IMG/VR virus record: IMGVR_UViG_3300033153_001386
Location: 1-60,251 of that record
Origin: a virus
Lineage: Duplodnaviria; Caudoviricetes
DNA length: 60,251 bases
Strand: one strand, 5' to 3'
Below, piece after piece: positions 1 through 10,900 of the stretch. The notes below the pieces were generated by a model, which worked only from the letters and a program-made list of their open reading frames with translations, was not told the origin of the DNA and did no database searches. The position numbers and the translations under genes were made by a program. Position 1 is the first letter of the stretch, and every line of letters starts with the position of its first letter.

Positions 1-13
1 TGTTTCCGTACTG

Positions 14-1981
14 ATGAGCTATTACAAGTATGCAGAACGGTCATCTGAATCTCGGGTAGACTGGAATGAGATTAGCAAGGGCATGGTCGACATGCTCAAG
101 GAGCAGACGCGCCTTCGCAACGAGAAGCTCGACGATGCGGTAAAGCTCCAAGGCGAAGTCACGACCACCCTATCCGACGCCCCTATGGGCTCTGATGTCA
201 ACGCTAACCAGCGGGTATCTGAGTTCGCGTCCGATGCTCAGGAGTACTCGCTCATGATGAATAAGCTGTGGCGTAGTGGAGAGATGAGCTACCGCGAGTA
301 TATAGCTGCCACCAACAACTTTAAAACCAACACCGAGGGCTACCTCGGTCAGGCGGAGAAGTACGCGGCCAACTACGAGAAGCATGTCAAACGCATGGAG
401 GAGCAGCTTGCCTCTGGCGTAGAGGTATCTGAGCTGGCCCGGGTAGAAGACTTCGGCAACTTCAACAAGTTCACTCCCATTATCGATGCACCTACGGGTA
501 GTATTGGCTTGGTCGGTGAGGACGGAACCAAGTATGCCAGTGTCAGTCAGTTAGGAGTAGCTGTTATGTCGCAGTACGACAGGCTCGATGTGGAGGGGCG
601 CACCACAGATGTGGCAACGCAGATGGGGAAAACCGTTAACGTCATTAAAGCCGGCGGAGTACGCACCCTTGAGAGCGCATTGCAGAACCCTGATTATGTG
701 GCTGCCGAAAACGATGCGGTCTCTGGTGTCCTTATTGGTGACAACGCCCACACTTCTGTTCTAGTGGATTTCAAGCGGGGTTTGTACAGCACTACTCATG
801 ACATCAACGACGCTATCAACGACCCCAACGCCGTGCTTATGGTTCCGAGCTCTAGGAATTCAGATAGGATGGTTGGTGCTGTCGAAGATGACGCTGCTTT
901 TGATAGGTATATCGATGAGCAAGCTACCCGCGACGGTCAGCCCTTGACCGATGGAGAAAAGGCTACGCTACGCCGTCACCGAGACGCCCAGAGAGAGCAG
1001 GCTTTCGACACCGTTCGCGACCAGCTCCGTGCCCGTCTTCCGTTTGTTGAGACTCCTACGGCAGATGCTACTTCGAGGGACAGCGACGCAGCGCGGAAGG
1101 CTCGTGAGCGTGCGGGCCGTGAAGCCCGGATGGTAACCAACTGGGACACCCTTGGTACGGGGACACCCGAGGAACAGACGGTAGCCGCAGAGGCTATAGT
1201 TGGTATGCTCAACGAGGGCAAAGAAGCCGATGAGCGTATTGTAGACCGTATCGTTCCTGATGCTGATGGGCAGCGGGTGACGTTCTTCTATCCCGACGGA
1301 ACCTCGCGTCCCGTGTCTCTCGTTGACGAGTCTGGGCAACGCTTGAGTCGGTCACAGTGGCTCAGCGAGGGCACCGAGTTCCATGGCGTAGAGGGTGACT
1401 ACGGTCGATTCTATGAGGGCGGTATTGTCCCCGCAGGCAGTACCGTTCTCGAGCGCGGTGAGCGCACCGTGGGATACGAGGAGCCAGCCGTGGACTACAA
1501 CACTGAGACTCAAGGTTTTGACCCTGCTACAGGGAAGCTTATAGAGGTTACACCAAGGTCAAGCTATGTGGCTTCAACCGAGGCAGACAAAAGCTCCCAG
1601 AGCGTAACTTCTGCGGCGCTGGGAGCATTGAATGCGATGAACTTCGACAACCCTCAAGTGTCGGTGGTTTATCTGAGCCCAGAGGGGCCATTAAATAATA
1701 CTAACGCCGTCAAATACTTTGTTCCCGGAGTCATGCCATATCAGGTATTCGTGCCAGAGGAGGGAGCCAACGCCGTTGTTGGGGTATTGAACGAACTGGT
1801 TTCCGAGGCTAGGGCGCAGGGCCGGGAGGTAACCATTGAGGAGTTGAAGGCAGCTATTGGCCCGAACAATTACGACCTTTATAACACGCAGGAGTTTAGG
1901 AACGCCAACCCTGTAGAGCAGCCCGCTATTGAGCGACCGGCTGACAACACGCAAACACCTTCAGGAGGTAAAGTACGGTAA
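14..1981 (+). CDS. Putative internal virion (ejection) protein
   Basis: 655-aa ORF, TAATG-coupled to the giant ORF; lies in the late arm after the tail genes, as podovirus core proteins do; no catalytic motif recognised. Confidence 0.55.
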   Translation: MSYYKYAERSSESRVDWNEISKGMVDMLKEQTRLRNEKLDDAVKLQGEVTTTLSDAPMGSDVNANQRVSEFASDAQEYSLMMNKLWRSGEMSYREYIAATNNFKTNTEGYLGQAEKYAANYEKHVKRMEEQLASGVEVSELARVEDFGNFNKFTPIIDAPTGSIGLVGEDGTKYASVSQLGVAVMSQYDRLDVEGRTTDVATQMGKTVNVIKAGGVRTLESALQNPDYVAAENDAVSGVLIGDNAHTSVLVDFKRGLYSTTHDINDAINDPNAVLMVPSSRNSDRMVGAVEDDAAFDRYIDEQATRDGQPLTDGEKATLRRHRDAQREQAFDTVRDQLRARLPFVETPTADATSRDSDAARKARERAGREARMVTNWDTLGTGTPEEQTVAAEAIVGMLNEGKEADERIVDRIVPDADGQRVTFFYPDGTSRPVSLVDESGQRLSRSQWLSEGTEFHGVEGDYGRFYEGGIVPAGSTVLERGERTVGYEEPAVDYNTETQGFDPATGKLIEVTPRSSYVASTEADKSSQSVTSAALGALNAMNFDNPQVSVVYLSPEGPLNNTNAVKYFVPGVMPYQVFVPEEGANAVVGVLNELVSEARAQGREVTIEELKAAIGPNNYDLYNTQEFRNANPVEQPAIERPADNTQTPSGGKVR

Positions 1982-4900
1982 TGAACGACGAGCAGGTACT
2001 CAAGGATTTTATTGCGACCGCGCAGGCCAATAATTACAACTACGATGTGGTCATGCCCAAGTTCCCCGAGCTTGAGGGCTATGACCTTCAGGTGCTCAAG
2101 GACTATATCGCTACGGCAGAGGCCAACGAGTATGACTATGGTGTGGTGAACCCCAAGTTCCCCGAGCTCTTCGGCGAAAAAAAAAAAGACGATACGGAAT
2201 CTGTATCGGAGGATGGTTCATTGGAGCCACCCGTTGTTGAAGAGGAGATTGTCGAGGAGGACGTTGTCGAGGAGGTTCAACCCCGTACCGAGTCGGATGA
2301 GTTCTTTGATATGGCTTTGGAGGGCGTTACTCCAGAGGTCATAGGGAGGACAGACGACGACGATACTGTGATGGAGATGAACAATCTCCTTGGTCAGTAT
2401 GGTTTCTCTTTTGAGACGGCGAACATCTTGGGTGATGCCATGACCGTCACCGCAAAGAATGGTGAGACACTGAGGGTAGACCTCGACCCATGGCGCAGTA
2501 AAACTGAGGTCGCTGAGGCAGAGAAGCTCAACAACTTCCTCAAACAAAACCGAAAGGAGTCAGAGAACTTGCTCAAGCAAGAGGACGACTATCAAGCGGC
2601 TAAGCTGAAGTTCGCCAACGAGAAGCAGATTGACCAGCGTGTCAACCAATTGAGTTCGGAGATGGACGGCTTCCAGCAGTTCTCTCGTGAGCTTGGCGAG
2701 ATAGAGTCCGCCTTCAATGAGAAGTATGCCGGAATAGATAAGTATACTGAAGAGTACTTGCGTGCCAACCCCGAGGAGTTTGACGAGTACAAAGCTCAGG
2801 TTGAGGCTTACAACGCTGACCTTCAGGGCATCCAAGATTTACGTGGTCAACTTCAGGGTCGGTCTCAGGAGCTGCTATACGCGAACCAAGAGATTAACCG
2901 TGCGGCAGCAGAGTTCGTAGAGGTGCAAGGTGGTATCTCCACTTTGCCCGGTCTTGTTAAGACGGCGTTGTCTCGTGGTACAGCCATTATGGCTCGGGGT
3001 ATGACGGACTTTGTTTTGGACGCAGCTTCTCCCGGCCTCTTGCTTGATATGCGCAACCACGAAAACTACGGTGCGCAGTTCCTTCAGACCTATGACGACA
3101 TGGGCGGGACTATCTCTGAGGAAGCAACAAAAGATTTCGATAGTTGGTACGAGGGTTTGCCCGACGACTTAAGACACGACGTCGACATGAAAATGTTTGA
3201 CGATATGCGCAAGGCGCAGAAGTATGGGGGTAAAGAGCTGGAAGAGAGCCTATTGATTGATGAGGCCGGAAGAGAATTTATTGGAGAAGGACTAGGGGAA
3301 GAAGTTTATAAGGGCATTATGTGGGCTACGGGTGAGGACCAAAAGATTCCCTACGCTTATGAGATGGCTCAGCAGAACTGGTGGGGCGGCTCCATCCTTG
3401 GTGCCATTGAGTCTATCCCTGCTTTCGTTGGTCTTGGAAAGAAACTATTTACGACAGGGTTTAAGGCTGCGTCTCGTACCGCCCGTATGTTTGGTCAGGT
3501 CACCGACCACGTAGACCAAGAGTTCCGTGACAACCCAGAGTTGCGTGGCGTCACTGAGCAGGACAAGCTCTTGCTGAAGGTACCTCTCGGCGCTACCGTT
3601 GCGGTGCTGGAGAACATCGGGTTTCGAAATGTGATGGCCAACAAGGGTTTTGCCAGTCACTTTTTGATGAAGGCGTTAGGCAAGTCTTCTCTCGGTGTGG
3701 GGAAAAGGTCGTTCAGAGAAACCGTTGCTCTGGAGGTGAACAACGCTATGGCCCGTGGCCTACTTACCCTTGGTAACGCTGGTGCCGCAGAGTTTGAGAC
3801 GGGTATGGCTCAGGAGATTGCCGATATCGGAGCCAAGGAAGTTTGGAACGCTGTCAGCGACAACCCTGATTTAGACACTCCGGAGCTGAACGAAATACTT
3901 GGGCAGGTCGTCAACGCCGGTGCTCAAGAGGCGGTCGGTTCTTTCGTTCTCGGTACCCCAGCAGCGGTCGGCGCGGCTTTCCAAAAGGATGACTATGCAA
4001 GCTTGAGCGACGAGCAGTTGGCTATCCTTGACTTCTTGTCCGACCCCGGCAACCGTGGCGCTACCAAGCCTATGATTGCTGCTCACCTTAAGAACCTTGT
4101 CAACCAAGGCAAGCTTACGGGTAAGCAGGCCAAGGACGCTTTGGACGGATATGAGAATACGGTTCAGGCCCTCGACGGAATACGAGATGTAGATGGCATG
4201 TCTTCTGAGCAGAAGAAGAAGGCCCTTGCCCTTGAGGTTCGTAAGCAGGAGCTGGAGCGCCGCATGAATAGCACGGCCAAGCCATTTCAGAGGAGGTTGC
4301 AAAGCCAAATCGACGACCTAGTAATCCAACAAGAAGAGATAGCCGATGCCATTCAAGAGCAAAGCACAGAGGAGGTTCCTACACGCGACGAAACCGAAGC
4401 TGGCCCAGAAGTGGGAGGCCAAGTACAAGACGAGCAAGAAGCTCCCGAAAAGAAAGGGCTAGTAGACCGCATGCGTGGCCGATTGCAACAGCGTCGCTTA
4501 CGTAAGTCTAAGGAGGAATACGACAAGGCCATGGCCCGTGTAGCCGAGCTGGAGAAGCAGGGTGCCACCCAAGAAGAGATACAGAAAGCGAAGCTCGACG
4601 CGATTAAGCCCCGCCTTAAATATGTGTCCGGCCTTATGACCGAGGAGCAGCTCGACAAGGCTTCTGATTTCAATGATGAAACGAATAGGCTGTCGGAAGC
4701 GTATCAAGCAGCTAAGGGTACGGAGCAAGAGCAGTCCGCGAAGGATGAGCTTGACAGTCATACGGCAGAAAGGGACGCATTCATTGACTCCGTAGAGCAG
4801 GGTGCTACTCAAGATACCGCGCCAGAAATCGAGACCACCGAAGACGCTGCCTCGGAAGAAATTGTGCCGGAGCAAGAGGCCGCCCCGACAGAGGAGGTGA

Positions 4901-7900
4901 CCCCTACTGAAGATGAAGTGGCAGTCGAGGAGGAGGCAGCCGAGCTCGCCGCCGCATTTGAAGCTGAGGGTACGCCCGACAGAACTGAAACCACCGATGC
5001 TGGTGTGGACGTACAAAGACAGGAGGGGTCCGACTTGACTAAGAAGCAGCAGCGCGTTGTCGACCAAGCCAACAACGTACTTACCTCACTCAAGTCTCTC
5101 ATCCCGGACATCAAGGTTATCGCCCACCAAACGCAGTTGCAATACGAGGCAGCTACAGGTATGAGGGGTAGGGGAACATACGTTTCCGATGGCAAGACTA
5201 TACACATCAACCTCAGCCGTGCCAACAGTCGTACTGCTTTCCACGAGGCGTTCCACGCCATCTTCTTGGAGCAGATTAAGAACGGCGACCCCGACGCTCA
5301 AGCTAAGGCGAAGGTGCTTCTTACCACCATTGCTAAGGCACTGCCTCCGAAGTCGGTTTTGAAGAACCGTATCGATAGTTTCCTTACTCAGTATGACCAG
5401 CAGGATATTAGTGAGGAGGCTTTGGCGGAGGTCTTCAGTTATATCGCCAGTGGATACCGTGGTCTCGGGCCGCAGGTCAAGGCAAAGATTAAGGTTGCCA
5501 TCAAGAATTTAATCGAGAGCGTCCTCGGTCGTAAGCTCGGTGCTTCTTGGTCTGAGGGCGACCAAGCTGTGCTTGACGCCATGGAGATTCTGGCTGGTAA
5601 AGTTGAGCGTGGCGAGGCCATTACGTCTGAGGACGTGGGTGGTATTGAAGTTACTGAGGAGGCTGCCGCTGAGGTCAAGGCTGAGACGGAAGTTGACGCT
5701 GCTATCGGTCGTATTCAGGAGCTTCGGCGCAAGGCTGTTGGTCAAGCCAACGACTTGTTTGGAGACTTGTTTGTTTTGCTAGAAGAATCTGGCAAGGGAG
5801 ATGGGAGTTTATTCTCTGTTGCTATGCGTCGTCTTTTCAAAGATGTTGGTGACAGCAACCTTAAAGCAATAGAGAAAAAGATTCGAGACGTCAAGAAGGC
5901 GAAGAAGCTGTCTGATTCTGACAAAGCTGAGCGGGTAGCTAAGCTAGAGCGGGAGGCGGAGAAGGAAGTTGCTCGTCTAGAGGAGGCTCGGGAGCAGGCT
6001 AAGCCCGGTATCAAAGAGGCTATGGCTAAGCTTGAGCCTTTCGCTGAAAAGAAGCGTGCGAAGGCTGCTCTAGCTGACGTAAAGAAGCGACAGGCAGAGG
6101 TGACCAAGCAACTTGATAAGGATAGGAAGGAAGCGAAGAAACAATTCGAGGGCGAGGAGCTGAAGGAGTATCTCGCTATGCTAAAAGAGGAGGCCGACAC
6201 CAAGCGTGCTGCGTTTAGACAAGAGATTGCTGAGCTGCGTGGTGAGAAGAAGAAGCCTGCGGTAGAGGAGAAGGTGACAGAGCCTGCGGTAGAGGAGAAG
6301 CCTACCGTAGAGACGGAGCAAGAAGTAACGCCGGAGGAGGAGACCAAGACGGAGGCCGAGCCCGCCGTAGAGGAGCAGCCCACCGTCGCTACCATCCGCA
6401 CAAAGGTTGGCGTCGAGGCGTTCGGGAAGTTGGAGGCTGCGGTGCGTAGCTACTTGGAGTATATGGATGCTCTAGACTTTGAGAACATCACGCGGGGTCA
6501 GAGTTCTACATCCACACGCCGAGTAAACAAGGTGGTGAATTTGTCATCCGAGCTTGGGTTAACTGATGCCGAGCAGGCGGTGATGCAGAACTCCGTGCTG
6601 GAGAAGATTGAGGCAGAGAAGCGTGCAGCCGAGGCGAAGGAGGCCGAGCAGGCTGAGCTCAAGGACGCAGCCGAGCGGGCTAAGAAGGCAGCGGAGGAGG
6701 GTGCCGTTGAGGAGACGCCCACACCAGAGGAAAAGCCCACGGTATCGGAAGCGGAGAAGCGTGCTGCCCTTGATGACATCACCGTTGAGGAGGCGGAGAG
6801 GCGGACAAAGGCTGAGTCTTTGGAAGCTGAGGGACGAGCCAAGAAAGATGAGGTTCGCAAGACCGATGCCGAGCTGGCAGAGCTGAAGGGAAAGACCGAC
6901 GCGAAGTCTAAGGCTAGACGTAAGGCTCTCAAGGAATACAGGGACAACCTCGGTACCATGTCTATCGCTGAGGCCAAGGCTAAGCGGGACAAGGCGCCTG
7001 CCGTTGTTAGTGAAAAGGTTCAGCTCCTTGAGGAGGAGTTGCGTCAAGCTCAGGAGGACCTTGACTTTTACAACCGTGACGAGCCGGACAACACCAAGTA
7101 CCCGAAGTATAAGAGTTGGAGGCAGTTGGTTGCTGCTGTCAGGGCGGGAAAAGACCCTCGGTTCTACAGTGTTGAGGTCGAGTCTGACGACAGCTTTGGC
7201 TCCGGAAAAATATACATCGCCAACACAAACCCCGGTTACGAAACGGGTTATGGCACGGTGAATTTGATGGAAGGAACCGCAGCTAACGCGGTTGCGTCTG
7301 CCAATGGAACCACTCGGGCTACCAAAAGCACGGACACCGCCGGTGTGGGCCAACAGCTTGAGAGCAGGGTCGAATCCCTAAAGAAAGAACTCGCCAAAGA
7401 GACTCAGGCGCCCACGGAATACAGGGCCGACCTCGGCACCATGTCCGTGGACGAGGCGCAGGCTAAGCGTACGGAGAGTAAGCTCAAGGCCCGTGAGCAG
7501 AAGGCTAGTGAGTTCAGTGACGACCGCATCAAAGAGCTGGGCGAGCGTGGCATAATGTCACACTTTACTCAGTCTCAAATCGAGAGATTTCGTGCGGGGT
7601 TGGGAAGGTTGCAATACTACGGTGAGGGTATCTACTTCACCAACGACAAGGAATACGCGGCTCGTTTCACGGATACAAACCTTCGCGTTTCGTTCGTTGA
7701 CACAAACGACATGACACTCCTGACCCGTCAGGAAGCTACAAGTACGTTAGTGGACCCTAACGACTATGACACCATCGTCAGAATCGTAGGCGGATTGGTG
7801 CGTAGGACGGGGTACAGAATATCACCTGACGAAATCAGGGATGAGTTGTTCCGTGGGCGCGGTGGGCGGACTGAGACCACGCTATTTGAACTGCACCGTA

Positions 7901-10900
7901 GGTTGATGCGAATCGGTGAGGACATCGAGTTGTATCGCAAACGAACCAACATCGAGGCCAATGCCGGACAGCTCGTTCGCCCGGTCTTCAATGCTGTATT
8001 GCCAAAGTATCAGGGCATAATGAGTGCGGGGCTTCGTGACGTCGTCATTTGGGATTACGATGCCATCAATGAAAATATCGTTAGTGACGTAAGTCCGGAG
8101 ATGGGGGCCGAAGTGAAGGCTCCCAAAGCCCGTGAGCAGCGGGTCTTCGTAAACGAGAGGGGGACTGAATACCGTAGGGCTGGGGAGTCTCGCATGCGCC
8201 CGATGACGCTTGAGACACTTGAGAACTTTGTCTATAGGTCTGGTAAAGTAACGGACAAGGCCGAGCCGCGAGGTATGATGGACGGCGGACGAAGCACGGG
8301 ACACTTTGGTACAGGCGCATACTTCTTTTCCGACAGGAAGAGGGCGGAAGCTTATGATGACCGCGACGTTACTGCCGTAGATATCCGCGACTACAACCTC
8401 GCTCCGGCAAGTTGGTATCTGCACAAAATGCTGAGGGCGATAAACTCTAGGGTGGAGTATAAGCAGCCACACACGTTTAATGCCAAGGAGGTAGAGGCTG
8501 TTCTGGATGCAATTCGATTCCCCGGTATACAAAGCCCGGAGATTCTGGCTCAACGCAGAGCTCAAATGCCTGAAGCCGAGAGGGCAGCGAAGGAGGCCAC
8601 CCGTCTGTACAATAAGGAGGGTAACCGCGACAGTGCGTCTACATCGGTGATGAAAGCACTCGGATATGAGGGCGTGTACGCCACCCCCCGTAGTGACATG
8701 GACAACTCCACCTACGGCACGGTCATATACGATGTGAAGACTGAACCCAAAGCCCGTGAGCAGCGGGTGGCTGATGTGGTGGAGCGGTATGACTTCAGGC
8801 CCAACGGAAGCTTGCGGGAGTCTAGCCTAGCCGCCGAGCTACGTCGCAACCTGAAGCGTTATGGCTTTGGTGTCAAGCAGTTTGGTACCCGTATGGATGA
8901 CTTCCATATTGTCAACCCCACCACGGGTCGTAAGGTAGACCCCAAGAAGCTCATCGAGAAAGACCGTGCCGACGAGCGTGCCGAGCGTGCCGATGTGGAT
9001 GCGGTAGAGCGGGAGGTGGCAGAGGAGAGAGCAATCGAAGCCGAAGCCGAAGACCTACGTAGCGAAGGTCTCAAGAGATACCAAGACGAGTACCTCGACT
9101 TCCCGGACGGGATGATTCCGCCGAGCGACCTATCTCCACGTGAGCAAAGGGACAGTCTCAACGATGAGATATCTGACGAGGACTCCACCTACTCGGCAGT
9201 TAAGTTCGCTAAGGAAAGGGGGTACTCCAACGCAGCTATCTTAAAGTTCCGTCCCGGAGCACAGCAGGCTATCGACACCTACGAAGCCAAAGAGAACCGG
9301 CTGAAGGAGCAGATTAAGGGAGTCATCGTAAAGGCTACGGAGCGCATCCGTGCTGACAAGGATATCCAAGGGTTGCCTACGGTAAAGAAGCGTGACGCTG
9401 CTGCCTTGGCTAGGCTGGAGAACGATGTCATCAGATACCTTCAGAAGAGTAGGTTCTATCAGAACGCCTCTGACGTAGGCCGTGAGGCTATGGTACGTGG
9501 GGTAAAGAAGCAGCTTGGCATCAACATGAAGTCAGCTCCGTCAGCAAACAGGTTGTTGAACGGACCGCTCGATAAGAATGGATTCTCTGAGCAGGAGAAG
9601 AAAGGGTTGCGGGACCAGATTCGTGCTATGGCACGGAGCTCTAAGACCACGGCTACTGCCATCGCTGAGGCTAGGAAACAGATTGCTAAGGACGTAGCTA
9701 AGCTGCGTAAGGATGGTGTCTTGACAACGGCTCAGGCTACGGCCCTACTGAACCGTATGGCCCGCACCAATCCTCTCAACGAGGCTTCCGTTAATTCGTT
9801 TATCGAGTATGCGAACAAGGTGTTTATGGATGCCGACTACGCCAAGAAGATGAACGACCTCAACAAGATGCGTAAGCGGGCGTTGAAGTATGCGGAGGAG
9901 AAGACGGGTATCAACACCGATGTCATCGATGTCATCAGGATTATAGCTGGCATCAATGCGGAAGCTATCCCTGAGGAGGTGCTTGAGGAATACACCGAGG
10001 TTATGACGCAGCTTTCTGAGCGCAAGGCCGTGCTCGATTTAGAGAACCGCGTATCGCTACGCAATAAGCTCGAGACTATCATTGATGCTATCGACCAAGA
10101 GCTGAACGCAAAGAACGAACTGCTGGCTGAGTTCGAGAACTTCGAGGCCAAGGTGCCCGCGAAGGAAAAGGTGAGTGTTGCCAAGACCATAAAGGCTATG
10201 ATAGAGGCAGGGGTCATCACTAAGGACGAAGCCAAGCTGCTGCGAAAGTATCAGGGTGAGCTGTCCCCCGAGCCAGAGGGTAAGGATGAGGCCGAGCTAC
10301 AGCAAGAGAGGGAGAACGAGGCAAGGTTCCTACGCGGTGTAGTCGAGGGTCTCCCTGAGCTTACCCATAAGTTCCCTACCCGGGAGGAGAATATCTTGCT
10401 CCGTCAATTCAATGAGCTTATCAAGACCAGCGGCATCGAGGGATTAGATAACGCCGAGCTAAAGAACCTACTGCGCGTAGCCAACAATATCGAGAACGGA
10501 TTCCTACCGCATATGGCGGAGGTATTGGTAGAGAAGATTGATGCGGAGAACAAGCGTGCCGAGGTGATGAAGTCGGTAGTTAACGATAAATCTGGGCTTG
10601 CTAGACTGATTGATAGGACGGGCCTTACTAGTTTGAATCGTCGCGGGCGTAAGAACCCCACCCGTTATGTCGACCAAGTATGGGGTGACTTCAAGTCTAC
10701 CCGCCTGTTCGATGCGGTGTTTAAGGATTTGGCTGTGGCATCAGCGTCATATCGCGCCGACCTACAGGTTGTCGAAGCGCGTATGGATAAGGTTCAGGAC
10801 GCACTCATCAAGGCCCTCGGTCGCAACCCCAACAAGGTTACCCGTGCTAAGTTCTTGCTCGGGGCATACCTGATGCAGAAGGAGTTTGAGGCTAACCCTA

